Assembly: GCA_040285855.1 (NCBI GenBank)
Contig: JAUFOQ010000001.1
Coordinates: 1,488,001-1,552,000, forward strand
Length of the DNA stretch: 64,000 bases
Direction: 5' to 3'
From: Eukaryota sp. GEM-RC1
Lineage: Eukaryota
Shown: positions 34,605 to 47,852 of the stretch, piece after piece
Layout: each line of letters starts with the position of its first letter
Numbering within the stretch: the first letter of the stretch is position 1
The notes under the pieces: generated by a model
Databases searched by the model: none
What the model saw: only the letters and a program-made list of their open reading frames with translations
What the model was told of the DNA's origin: nothing
Made by a program: the position numbers and the translations under genes

Positions 34605-35865
34605 TCATTTGTTTTGATATTTTAACAATTTTTGTTTAAGAGCCATTCGTTCCGTACACTCAGATTGAACAATTCTTTTTAAATTTTTAATTTCTTCATC
34701 TTTTTTCTGTAAAGAGGTCATCAGGAAATCCAAAGACTGTTCCAGTTCTTGCAATTGATCTTTGGTTCCTTCAGGAGGTTGACTCACCTTGGACTCTAGA
34801 TGGCCAACTTCCTCTTGTAGCTGATTGATTTTTGATTTTGATTCAACCAATTGAGAAGAGATCAAAGACACTTTCTGTTCAAGATCAGAATTTGAAATTT
34901 TTAGTTGATCGTATAGTTTTTGAACTCTAGTTAGTTCATCAGTTCTGAATTCCAGTCTACCTTTAAGTTCATCTATTTCTGCTTTAAATTTAGTTTCAGA
35001 ACTTCTTTTAGATTTTAATTTTTCTTTTCCAGCTGTTCTTCCCAATCACCCTTAAAATTTTCTAATTTTTCAATCCATTCGTGATCTTTTTGAGCTGAGA
35101 TCACGTCAACTGTTGACCGTAGCTCTGACACTGCTTTTGTCAATTGTAGATTCTCGTTTCGTAGTTTTTCAAGTTCCGGAGTTTTCGACTCAGACATTTG
35201 TTGTAACTCAGAAACATCACTTTTCAAAAGTGAGACTTCTGCTAGTAGCTCGTTGACTTCATGAGACTTCTCCCCGAGCTCACGTGATAGCTCGTCATTT
35301 TTGAACTGAACACGGCGAAGCTTCTGTTCGAAAGCTCTTTTTCCTGTTGTAGTTGAGATAGTTCTTCAGTTAGACGAACCACAGCTTCATCTGACTTTCT
35401 GGAGGTAGTAGAAGAAGAAGCTTGAAGATGAGATATCTTCTCTTCGTAAGACGTCAGCTCCTTTTGTAGAGAGAGGTTTTGTTTGGAGAGGATCTGGTTT
35501 TCACTCTGTAGGGAAGTGATTTCCCTTTTGAGGTTAGAGTTTTCCGATTGCAACGTGTCATCAAGAGGGTTGTTTTGTGGGGCGAGATTCAATACGTCTT
35601 GTTGGAGTTGTTCTAGTGAGGTTGTATAGAAAGTACTGAGAGAAGAAAAGGAATCTGAAAAGGATTCTCGGGTGGATAGAAGATCTCGTTTTAAAGAGGA
35701 GATCGAATCGCGAAGGGATAGTACATTGTCAAAGTCAACAATGGATTCTATTGTATGGGTTGGTAAGGGAATGTTGTGTGATTGGCAATGTTTACGGAAA
35801 ACTGTTATGGAATGTTTGAGATGTATGACCTGTGTTTGAAGGGCATTCAGTCTAGGTTTATCCAT
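34605..35865 (-). CDS. Long coiled-coil protein (three ORFs joined by two 1-nt losses in A-runs)
   Basis: Heptad-rich ORFs 35242-35865, 35015-35227 and 34605-35045. Adding one A at CAGGAAAAAGAG (~35340) and one at CTGGAAAAGAA (~35027) makes a single frame. Confidence 0.75.
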
Positions 35866-36555
35866 GAAGGAAAATAAATAACGATCAAATATGTGTTTAT
35901 TGGGGATACAAGGAAGACAGTTGTTGAATTAATATATCGCAGCTCAGACAGCCCTGAAATCACCCTGGGTCCATGGGTTTTATTCGTGTACTCACGAAAA
36001 ATGGACGTAAGAAGAGGTGTCAGAAGTTGACATCATTGTCTGCAGAATACAAAGAATGCGTGAATCTTTGGGAATTTGTTCTTGGGCCGTGAATTTTTCG
36101 CTTTCAGTTTAGCGTGTGTCTTTTATCTTTCTGTTTCTGTTCTATGTCTGACCGTTTATAGTCTCAAATCAGATCACCATCCTTGAATTCTTTTACCCTA
36201 ATGTAAACAAGAATGATCCTTTTTGTTGGGACGAATCGTTCTTGCAAATTCCAACTATAGTGTGTGCATTTGAGTCCATTTTATCTATTATATTCTCCTA
36301 ATTCCAAAGCAAACATCTTCTCTTTGTACTTGATAAGTTGACATGAAAGGCAATTCGAGTCTCCTTAATTATCCTATATGTTGTTGAAGAACTCAACAAT
36401 GATCAAATTTAATGTAGTTACATACACGACAACAGTGAGATCATGTGTAGCGGAAAAAGTTGGTCTAAAGGAAATTGAAAAATGGAGTTGTTCTATGTAA
36501 TTTTTCCAAATTTAAATGATCGAGAAAAGAATTCTGAAATTTGATCTATTCCCTA

Positions 36556-39500
36556 ATGCTTCATCATCTACTGCTTCTCATACTAGTAGTACTTGTCAGC
36601 TCTACCTCCCTCCCTGGACTAGAACATCTTGCCGTAAACCTCGATGATCCTGGCAACGGAATGTTAAACGTAATGGCCAGCGCTGATCATCTCAAGCTCG
36701 ATGTCAATGCTAAGATCGTGGGACGCGTCGTTAACCTCCACGATCCTGTTGTCTTCGATGATTCCACTCCTGATCCCCAACCAACATTCTATGTCAAAAA
36801 TTCCAAAGTTTTTCGAAAGCTGTGTTCCTCCACTGTTTGCTCTCTCCAAGAAGTCTCTCCTCTCGAAGCTTTCTCTCATCTATCGTTCGTCTACCATAAT
36901 TCCAATCCGATCTGGAGCTTCAACTATGATTGGAATTACGACGAGTCTACCGGCGGCGCCGTCCAAGATTTTCCGTTCGGTCCGGTTGTCTTCAAAGATG
37001 CCTATGTCAAAGCCTCCTCCGCCCTCCACATTGGAGTACGACTTCAACGCGTTACATGGTCTCAAGAAAGCAGAAGCCAGGTTTACACAGCAGCTGGAAG
37101 CTTCCATTGGTATTCTAACTGAGCCCTTCGAAGGACACAGAACGCATAACCTAACATCAAAACAGCTTGCTGCATTTAATCTCTATGTGTTAGGCATTCC
37201 CATTCCAATCAAAATTCATCTTGATATCACTGCTTTTGCTTCTGTTGTAAGTACTTTGGTTGTTGATGCTTCTTTTCTACTCAAAACTAAGAATGCGGAG
37301 ATGAATACCGGTTGGAACTCGTACAGTGGCTTTTTCTTCAACTACACATTTGGAGACATGACCCAGGTGTTCAAGAGAGAATTTGAAGGAGAATTAAACG
37401 CAATTGCTGGTATAGATACAAAACTTACAGTGAACATTGCCAATTCTGTTGACTTTTATGGTATCATCACTCCTTTCCTTGACGCTACTGTTAGCTTAGA
37501 TGTTTGTCCTAATGAACTACACTATACCGTGGACTTTGGATTAGACCTGTTATTAGGAATGTCTGATATCGTCATTAGCACAAGAGTACGTGATTTCAGG
37601 TGGGATACTGCAAGAGATTTCCTTACTCTTGAACTTGTCCGGCACAACATCATTGATGCTTGTAGTGGCTCTGTTCCCATCGACGTAGTCGCGTCATCAA
37701 TTCCAGACGTTGCTAGAAGAGAATTCTTGGTTCGTGTAGCTATTAGTTCTGCCACTGCTACTATTGACGATATATATGCTTGGCGTCCTGCAACTAGAGT
37801 TGCAACCAAACTTTGCTCACGATCTGGATCTACATGTACCATCAATGATTATATATTTGTCTCAAAAGGATCTTCAGAAAAGATTGAATTTTGGAGACAA
37901 CGATCCGGTTGGTGGAGTTGGTTTGATGAGCATTTAGTAACTTTTACTGTAACCTTTCATTCGACTTCAAACTTATACGGAGATTTCAATGACCGTAGAT
38001 ACGACTTCTATGTCACTGAGACGTTATCAGTTCAACCCAATACTTACGTCTCTACTACTGTTACAGGAGATGAGTCTCAATACTTTGCCATTGACGCTCC
38101 CCATAACGCTCGTTGGAGTTCGAGAAGGTTCCTGTGGGGAGGATCGTCAACTCCTGAAATGCGGACATTTGCTGCACTTACAGTTGGAGCTGACATCACT
38201 CATTTGTTGTTGGATCATAGTAGAGAGAGAAACATACCCTTACCTTCTTCAAGAAAGAGAACTATTTCTTGGAGTTGTACTAAACATCGAAAATTGAATG
38301 TAAAAGCCACTTACGAAAGTGACTTTGGAAGCAGAAGAAGCGTATGGACAGGTTTCAGTTTTTAGACGTTGGCCGAGTTCTTCTAAAACAATCATTTTTG
38401 AAGAAGCTTACTGGTATTGGAGTAACACAGAAGTTGCAAGAATGACCATTGATGAAAGAGATATAACTACCACTTCAAGATCGTGGTCCACATCTGATAG
38501 TGCTTGTACGGTTTCTGTAAGAATTGAATCACCTGACGTTTTCGTCCGATTCCGTAATCCGACTGGAACAACATCGTCTAACTCTTTGGTCTTTGTTCTT
38601 TCTGATACTTTGACATCTTGGGGATGTGCTACAGCCATTGCAAATGGATTCTACCACTTTGACTCCTTTTCAGCTCCAACCTTCTATCACGTGACTGGCA
38701 AGTTCTATGACGTGATTGATGAAGATAAAGTAAGTGAACGCGGTCTAATAGTAAAAAGACCAGCTATTATTGTTTCCCTTGAACAACAGTATGTGTGTGT
38801 CACTAGATATGAGTTTAAAGAAATAGGTGATTCTTACTCAACCGGACATCGTGTTGCTTTCTTAGTCACTGCTCCAAGGTTAGCCACCACTAGACTTCAG
38901 TTACCTTCAAACATTAGAGCTTCTTTTACTAGATTACGAGGAGACTTTTGGTACTCAGACATGATCTACAATGAACCTAATACTGCCTCAGATTTGGTCA
39001 TTTCAAATACTGGTCAGACTAACTTTGAGGTTGTTGTTATCTTTAGGTGCACTTCTTCTTCGTGTTCAGGAACTATACCAAGACCTCATCATGACGTCAT
39101 CCTCAAGTCTGGTCAAGAATACCTTATTGGTTCTACTTTTGCCACTTCCTATGTTCTTGCCAGTAGTTGCTCCCATTGTCTTGTTGAATACGACTTGTTT
39201 GCCTTGTCTTCTGTTTCTTTCCAACACACCAATAGTGGAGAATCATCAACTCTTTATCAAGGGTCTGGTACCATTTCCGTTGATGACTGTGCCTTTAAAA
39301 CTCTAGAATTTTCTGGAGAAGAAGGTGATTTGATCTTCACTTCAACTTGTTTCTTTGATTCTAATGACAATGTTTATGTAGCAGAAATGTCCAAATCTAT
39401 TGTTGAAACCAGTGCTCTGTCACTTCAGAATGGGGATAACAAAGGTTATGTAGTACTTGATGATCCTTGTGATTATTGTTATCTTTCAGGATCCATATAT

Positions 39501-40144
39501 TCTGGGGAATATTCCGTTCTGTTCTTGAACAATATCTATGAATACAGAAGCTTTTCCCTCGAGTCTTTTGGACCTTCTTTTGTTAATCATTTATCTTTTA
39601 TTCCCTTTTCTTCTTCAAGTATTTCATGACTAGCAGTTGATTACTCCAGAATTGAGTGTGATTTGACTGAGCCTAATGTATTTGACTCTCAACTTGATGA
39701 TCCTGACTTCTTTTCTCTTTACATTTCAGTTGATTCAACTAATTCTAATGATATTCGGACAATTGAGTTGGTTACTCCTCGTCGAGTTGTTCTTGGAATG
39801 AATCAAAATTTAAGCTCATCAAATACAACTCTTTCTTTTCGAAAGAATGTGTGTTAACTGAAGAAAACTTTAATGTTGAGCTTTCACACTACGTTCCACC
39901 AAGCCCATCCCCCTGGGAAAATGCTGGGAGTTGGAACTTTGTTTTAATCGTGATTATTGTTACTATTGGTGTGGCTTTAGTAGGTTTTATCCTTGTAAAG
40001 AAGTGCTTCTTGAAGAAACATCAATCTTATGTCGAGGATCCCGTTAACATGTCAGCTGTTAAAGCACATCCAACACTATCTGCAGTTCCAGGAACCGGAG
40101 TTGAATCCAATGTAGTTTACTATCCCAATGGATATGTTCAGTAG
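36556..40144 (+). CDS. Large type-I membrane/surface protein (~1190 aa; frameshifts ~37030, ~38360, ~39840; in-frame TGA 39627)
   Basis: Signal peptide MLHHLLLLILVVLVSS, beta-rich ectodomain, single TM FVLIVIIVTIGVALVGFILV followed by KK, and a short tail ending YYPNGYVQ. Confidence 0.75.
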
Positions 40145-40329
40145 AATGGGGAGGATATATTACATTATCGTTTCAATTATAATGTTATTTCGTTTCTTTA
40201 AGTGATGATAAAATTGTTTCTTCTTTTTTCTGTGGGTTTACAGTGACACAAAAATCAATTATGAAGACCGTTTATATCGTTTTCATACAAGTTAAAGCAT
40301 CATTTATATCTGATCAGCCACATGTTGAC

Positions 40330-40693
40330 AGAAGTCGTGTTAACTTGTCAGGAAATTATCACGGAGTTCACAACTGTTGATCCTTGTAATTAAAGATCAA
40401 TTTCCAAAATTGGTGATGATGATTTTTCTGCTCTTGAAGTGGCTAAAAACGGGAAAAATACAAAGTACTTAATTGACAAATTGAATGTTGACAGGTACAA
40501 TTATTTTGTGTTTCAACCTTTTGCGATGTCGATATTTGGTAATATTGGATCAGCTGCACAAGGTTGTTTAGATTCCTTTGGTAAAATGTGTTATGAGTAT
40601 GGTGAAGTTTTCAATAAAAATTTTTGGATGAGTAGGTTAACGTTCGGGTTGTTAGTTGTTAACTTCTACAAATGCATTTATTTCACTGATTGA
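40330..40693 (+). mobile_element. Remnant of a more distant RLE-type non-LTR element (endonuclease end)
   Basis: KYL...FQPFAMSIFGNIG...FNKNFWMSRLTF parallels KYD...LCPFAISIYGRLG...FDFKFWLNRIVF of 28750-30114. Confidence 0.65.
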
Positions 40694-41467
40694 TCATAAA
40701 CCCCGTTTTTTTAATTTATATCTAATATATCCTTCTATAAATACAACAAATAGAAATTCCTGAAAGTATGGACTTTTTTCAGGGATGTTTCTCTAATGAT
40801 GTCAATGTATTGCTCCAGTGGTTGTATCTACAACGATTTTCCCTTTTGTGTTACTCTTTTCAAAAAGTGATAAAATTTGACGTTATTAGAGTAAAATCCA
40901 TAATCGATGAAGAGTGGTCAATATCACCTCCAACATCATACACAAAATCAACATTATTGAAGATTTCAATTATCTCATACAGGATCTCATACAGGATCTG
41001 GATTCATGCATTTATTAATGAATTGTTCTAGACACGTTGATGTTGATTTGTCAAAATGTAGAAGTTTGCATCTCGTTTCAACTCCAAAAACCTGCAATCG
41101 TTGGAAGAATTGTTGTGCTATTTTTTCTAGACATTTTCAGTGTCCAGTGTTTAACTTAAATGATTTTGTTTCCTTTCATCTTGTTCCGTAGTGATTTCAA
41201 CTTATCATTGACATTCGCTGAGGATTTACAATGTTCATTGACCTGAAACTCGTTTACAACCGATTAGTAAAAGAAAAGGTGCAGACTGTAAACTCCTATT
41301 TGTAGTCTATTGTTCTTCAAACTGAACGTTTTTGTTTAGACATCGTCAATCTCCAAGAGTGGAATAATTGACATATGGACTGAACATGCGACAATAGGAA
41401 ACTTCAACTATTCGTTCACTAATGGATTTTGAAATATATAAAAAGTTCATTTACACAACTCTCATGT

Positions 41468-43683
41468 TTATTTAAAATTTGCAGTTGGGGGAAACATCTT
41501 GTAAACCTCATCCAACAGTGACACAGTTTTTGGTTTTCTTGAACGAGAATTCTTCGGAATTCTTCTCCCAGATTGAGCTCTACTATTGATTACAGACCGT
41601 TGCGCTGCAAGTACACGTGCAGTTTTAACCTTTTGAGCTGATACCCAAGAATTAAAAAAGCTATACAAATAAACAATATTTTTAATTCTTCTTTTAAACA
41701 TTGTACTTCTTTTCCAACGAATAGTAGACGTCATCAAAAGAGACTTGCGATGAAACTGTCTAGATTGTAGGTAAACTTCCAACTCACTGTGAATCAAAAC
41801 TTTGTGGGTTTTGAGTTGGTTTTTTGCAAGGATAGAGACAACTGATTGGTCATGCCAAGAGGTAAAAATGAGAGAAACCAAACACTTTGAAAAAGTTTCG
41901 TTACAAAGATATTTGAAATGTTGCAGTTTGATAGTTCTTGTTGACCAGTTTTGGAAAACTCTAGACTGTAAAGAAATCACACGATCATTCACAAAATTAA
42001 ATTCTACCAGTTTTAAATTATTGACAAATCTAGCAAGGTTAACCCATGATGAGAAATGGTGTTGGTTGGAAATTAAATCTCGACACTGAGTAAGCCCTTT
42101 TGAACCTTTGCTCAGTGAGAACCAATAGTTAAAACAGTTACTGGATATCCATTGAGAATATACTCTGGTTAGAGTAGAAGAAAGAACACCTAGGTTTCCA
42201 CTGAAGTTAAAACTATTCTTCCAATTGAGATAGGAAGTGTGAATCAACCGATTGTAACGAAATTCCGTGGATTTTAGAAAATTTAATCGGAAAAGAAGAT
42301 GGCATTTCCAGATTCTCATTGATTCAGATTTTGATAATATACGATTTCTGTGAGTAATTTGGGTATAACATTGATGTAATCTAAGAGGAGCTTTCAACAA
42401 ATTTAAAAAATGACGTTTTCGAAATAAGTCGGCCAAATAATTATGAGATTTAAAATACACCTGGGTTCGATAAGAGTCTACCCAACGAGTAAACGATGAA
42501 TTTTTTAAATTTTCCAGTTTTCTGACACTATACACTGAACGCCATTGACCAAAGCACTCTGAAACAACAGTTGAATTAACACTATATTGTTGGACTTCTA
42601 ACGAGAGTAAAAGATTCTGATGTCTCAGCGCACTTAGATTCCAATATTTTAAATATTTAGTTTTTAAAATCGTTGTTCGGAAAATCAATGGTTGAAGAAG
42701 AAAATAACTGTGGGTAGACAATAAAGTTGAAAAGTGGAGGCCAAAGTAACACTATTTCGAGCCTGAGTAAAATTTAAAAAACGTAAATGTAAAAGCCAAT
42801 TGGAAAAAGTAGACTTAACCGAAAGATTTTGAATTCTTCTGACTTGTAAATAAATTGAAAATCCCTGAAAACATTTCTTTTTTTGTTTAAAGTTAAAGAA
42901 CTTAGTACCGACTTTAGATTGAAGACTCCGACCAAGCCAAATATTTAAAAAATTCCTTAAGTTTACCACATCACGGTATTGCCGTTGTGTAGTGAGTAGA
43001 GATTCAGATATTTTCCAATATTTAGAATATTTCCAGGTTTTCAAACAATTAGATACTAATTGATGTCGATATTTCGTACACGAAACCTGTTGAAAATTTA
43101 ACAACACCAAACGACACTTGATAAATCTCTTCCAAGCAACTTTTTGCTGAAATCTAAGAACTTTTAAATTTTGCGAAAGCAGAAGCCGTGTTTTCATTTG
43201 CACTAGACACGCAGACTTCCAAGAAGCAAAGGAACTCCTCAACTTACACGTGACCAACACGTCTACATATAAGTCCTTGGCTACAATGTCTAGCTTCCTC
43301 TTCCAGCTTAACTTCCAAGTTCTGAAGGAAGACGAGAGAACAAGTTGAGAAGGTCTGTATCTGATGTGCATGTTGTAGGAAGATTGCCATTGTGAGAGAG
43401 ATAAGGAGAGAGTTTGCTGACGGTGGTGGGAAGAGAGAGTGATGTAACAGGAATTGAGGTGATCTACATGAGAGACAGCAGAGGAGAAAAGCCGAAGGAG
43501 ATGGCGGTTGTAGAAGATACGTGAGAGGTGATGTTTGGTTTGTAAGATAGAATAAGCCTTCCGATAACGTTGGAAAGCCTGGTGAATAAGAAGGTGTTGA
43601 GATGGATGGGATAAACAATGAGATGATCTAACACTAAGAGCACCATCTGTAACAGAATCAAGGTCTGAAAGTGTTAATGACAT
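41468..43683 (-). CDS. Sfi1-like (centrin-binding repeat) protein, one frameshift ~42720
   Basis: Basic helical protein with many periodic F/L-x-x-W motifs (SFRTWK, SFASWK, CLKTWK, FSNWL, FGQWR, FTRWV, FNYWF, FQNWS, FTSWH, FNSWV). Confidence 0.65.
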
Positions 43684-43764
43684 CCATTCCAAATGGTCTT
43701 GAAGGGTTTTTCAGAAACTTATTCTTCTACCGTAGTTGAACGATCATTGAAAGATCCTTGTCTG

Positions 43765-44052
43765 ATGGCTTACCTCTACAGACTTCCATGTAACATCCAA
43801 TACTCAGGTCCAATTGATAGTTCATATTTCTTAGTGTCAGAAGATGACAATTCTGTTGCACAATCTTCTTTTCGTGGAAGAAAACTTTTAGGAAAACCTC
43901 TTGATGTCCCCTCTGATTACTCCTTATTGTTGATTGACGAGGAAAAGGTTCTTCTTAGTCCTAAGATTGTTGTGTTTGAACATGATGCAACTCCATCATC
44001 TCTCCCAGACATCCCTTCTTGGGTCAAGTTAATGAGTGCGTTTGCTCCGTGA
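43765..44052 (+). CDS. RNASEH2C: Ribonuclease H2 subunit C (alternative in-frame ATG at 43693)
   Basis: LPCNIQYSGP...YF...SSFRGRKLLG..LDVPSDY...VFEHD..P...W..L...A matches the RNase H2C pattern. Confidence 0.85.
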   Translation: MAYLYRLPCNIQYSGPIDSSYFLVSEDDNSVAQSSFRGRKLLGKPLDVPSDYSLLLIDEEKVLLSPKIVVFEHDATPSSLPDIPSWVKLMSAFAP

Positions 44053-44530
44053 TGACGTGTTCTTTGTTTGAGATTTACAATCTTTCTAGTTTTCCCTTTG
44101 TTGAAGAGTTGTTATTCCGATGTTTTCTTTTTGTTTGATCTTTCCTCTCTTGAAACTGATGGGATAATCATCATAATGATCTTCTGGGTTTAATGTCTTT
44201 ATTAGCAGTCATTCAGTTTTTCTTAGTATTCACACTCTTTTCTAGTATCATTTTAGCTATGTTTAGATATAGACTACATTAAACCGCAAAAGAATGAGTT
44301 AGAATAAAAGCACACATTGAGATGGAAATCGAACTCTGTGAAATAGAAAGAGATCAAAGATACAAAAAAGGTTCGAACACGATACATACGGAACGAAGAT
44401 TGATACTGTACGTTATGAGCATGAGTATGACTTTAAGAGAAAAGATATGTAGAAGTAAACAAAACCAGACAACTGCTTCTCTCAGAAATTCAGAGCACGA
44501 TCTCCTCAAACACCTTTCTTTGTCATCATT

Positions 44531-44947
44531 ATGTCATCACACTCCAACCGCATTGATCTTCTCTACGAAATCCCACAACATCAAGTCGAACATGAGTACG
44601 GGAACAGTCTTTCAGCTCTTCTCAATGACATACTACGTCATCCAACGCTTCGAAACAACTTGTCACTACGATACACTGTCTTATCTTCTGTTCTTTCTCT
44701 TCTACGTCAATATCCCAAAGACCTTCACTCCTCTGTTACTAAGTACTTCTCATGTACTGGAGTTATAGATCGCCTCATCCACTTAGAGTCTGTCCTCCAG
44801 ACTGTAACTAGTGAGGAATTAGAAGAAGTCAAAAGTAGAGTATTGAAGATGAAACAAGATTTGGTACAGACGTTGCAGAACCAAATTTCAACAGTTGAAC
44901 GAGAGAACGAACAGTTGAAAGAAGAGATTGGACATTTAGTGGAGTAG
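44531..44947 (+). CDS. Hypothetical helical protein with C-terminal coiled coil
   Basis: ATG-initiated 138-aa ORF with protein-like composition. No family recognised. Confidence 0.55.
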   Translation: MSSHSNRIDLLYEIPQHQVEHEYGNSLSALLNDILRHPTLRNNLSLRYTVLSSVLSLLRQYPKDLHSSVTKYFSCTGVIDRLIHLESVLQTVTSEELEEVKSRVLKMKQDLVQTLQNQISTVERENEQLKEEIGHLVE

Positions 44948-45333
44948 CAAAGACCCATACTGTGTTTGAGTTTGTTCAATGATTTGTATCATATGTTTTT
45001 CCCACTTGACATGCTGTCACACTTGGATCGTTCAGATTGGTTTGGTTCACAATATTTAAATATTTTACCTAGTGCTGGATCTATTTATGTAATTTTACAT
45101 TATTGTCGAAAGGGCCAACTTTTCAACAAACCTTCAGTTCAAGAAATCTTATTAATAAACGTATTTTAAGGTACGGTCGTCGCAATTCAGATCCAGATAT
45201 ATCCAGTGAGATCTCTGCTCACTAACTTTAGTAGTTATTGTCTTCTTGTCGAATTAGCTTCAGAATTCATATACTGTTTTGAATCAATGGTTCAAACATA
45301 AAGAGATTACCCACAATGACAATGTAATCAAAT

Positions 45334-46886
45334 TTATTCAACTATTTCAAGTTCATGATCACTACGATATAAATGAGCAAATGGATAATAATTACCACTA
45401 CTTAATCTGGGAAGAGTTCCAGTAAGATTAATTGAAGAATTACTCACGGATTTAATTGTTAAAGTGAAATTAACTAGATTTGCATTGATTTCGAGTAATT
45501 CACCTGGGTTCCAATTAGGAGTACTTCCTGAGAGACAACCATAAACGGAATCGTGATTGAAAGTACCGTGAGCATTCTTATAACAATAACCATCAACATT
45601 AAACTCTGACTCGTCAATGACTCCAACAAAAAGATTACCAGTATACCCCTGGTACCTCAACTTCCAAGTATACTCATTACCTGGAAGAAGTGGATCTTCT
45701 CCCAAGATATTTCTAAACACCCAACCATTACCACTTCCAACAACAACTCTCTTTCTATCCCCAATAACTTGTAACTGAGAATGTTTCTTAGTTTGGGAGA
45801 ATCTAATCATTTTTGATTGAGGAGATGATTGAGACACCAGTTGAGTTGCTGCAGATGTCTTTTTAGTTGTTCAATTTCTTGTTGTAGTTTAATGATTTCG
45901 TTAGACTTTGCAGCAGTCATATTCTGGATTTCAGCTGTTAAATCAGAATTTGTTGACTTCAAATGAGAGTTTTCTGCTTTTGAATCATGAACTTCTTTAG
46001 ATAAATCAGAATTAATTGTTTTCAAATCATGAATTTTAGTTGTTAAATCAGTAGTAAGTGAGTTTAAGTCGGCATTGTTACTTTCTAAATCAGTAATTTT
46101 GACTGTCAATTCAGAATTTTCCTTGACCAACCAGTCAAAATAAAGATTCTTAACTCTTGTAAACAAAAACTTCATCAAATCGGCTTCCAATTCTTCAACA
46201 TCTTTTAAAGGAACAAACAGAAACTCATCCCATTGTTGAAAAGAAAAGGCTTCAATCGAACAAGAATTTAAGACGTTTAAAAATTCATTCAAATCGAAGC
46301 TGTGATTCAATATTGATTCCACCATTGATTTGATGAACCACGACTGTGATTGACTAGAAGTGCAGTATTTTACAAGCGTTTTAAGCCCTTCAGTAGTGAT
46401 TGCCATCACGTCATCATTCACAAGGTCATCAATCTTAGAAAAGAAAGGACCAACGAATTCCAGAGCTCTCAAGTCATTGCTTTCATCTGCTTCTTTAATG
46501 AATGGCTTTAACCAAGCCCAGGTTACGAGATGAGTGTTTAGGTGGTTTTCAACGTGGACAATGAGTTTGTCCACTTGGAAGTAGTGGACGAGGTAAAAGA
46601 AGTTGTAGGCGTTGCTCTCATCGAGAGTGAAAGATTTGCCAAAGAAGGACTTGATGAAGAGAAAGAAGTTGTCAGAACTTACAGGAAGATGTGAGAAGTC
46701 AATGGGGTTATCGTGCTTGTCCCCAAACTCCAAGAACCAGAGGGATCGGAAGTACGTGGAATGAGCTGCTAGTACGAACTTATTGACTTCAATAGACGTT
46801 TCCCCATATGTAATGGTTTGGTTAGAGAGGAAGGGTTCATCGAGAATGATGGAAAGAGTTTCGATTGAGGGTAGAGAGAATGACAT
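45334..46886 (-). CDS. BTB/POZ-coiled-coil-SPRY protein, copy D (1 frameshift)
   Basis: ORF 45807-47000 (likely start MSFSLPS at 46886) plus ORF 45334-45837. One extra A in CTAAAAAGAC (~45862) gives QLKKTSAATQLVSQSSPQSKMIRFS. Confidence 0.9.
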
Positions 46887-47852
46887 TAGAGCAATAGAGA
46901 AGGAGATAAGTAAATGAGACCAAAACGGGAGACCAATGTTCTTGTGGCCTTTTAACAAAACTAGATGTCTAATCCTGAACCCCCACTGAAGAGTAGTCAT
47001 TCATTTGATGATAATGTAACACTTACTAGCAGTTAAGTATTTAATGCTTCCTCCTCTTCTAATATCTCCTCCCCGCAACCTAACTCTGATACACTGTCTA
47101 TTTGGTTCTCATTACATACGTCTTCTTCCAAGTTGTTACGATTTCAGTACTCTTTATTATCACTGATCAATCTCTACTTGCTTGAATTTAAAGTCCTCTC
47201 TCAACCTCAATCATGGAGATATTACTTTGTTCTTCGTCATTTGAAGCAAGAATTGTCATCATTCTTTTCACAAGTTGTCTATGGCAACCATCGAATCTCC
47301 TCATCAATCAGTCAACTTGTTTCTTCAATCAAATACGTATAATGTGTTGCATAAAAACCTACCTCAATTACATTCATTTACTCGTCTCTATGAAACAGAT
47401 TTACAGTCTGTTTTCTTCATTGAGAAATTTAGAGTTGAATAGTTTCTTTAATTGTTTTTCACTTATTTTGAGAATTGGAATTAATGTGGGGTTATCACAA
47501 TGTCTTCGAGTGTTTGAAAAGACAAATGAACACGTACCTCAGGTTAAAAAGATCTGAAAAAGAACTAAAAGATTTGTTCAATGATAGTTTTGATATCAAA
47601 CCAGAATAGTGAAAGAAATTTTCATTATTTAATTGGGAAATGGTGATTTTCCGTATTTATAACGGTATTTGAACATAGGGTGGATGTATGTTTTTCATTT
47701 GTTCGCTCCGTACAGCAGTACTTCTCTGGTCATGATTCTGTTTTTACACCCAATGTTCAAATTGAGAATCAGCCAGTGTATCTACTGTGGTTTGTAATTC
47801 GGGTGCTTAACACTTTTTCACCCTCCCAATTCCCAATTTTATTCTCCCGTCT

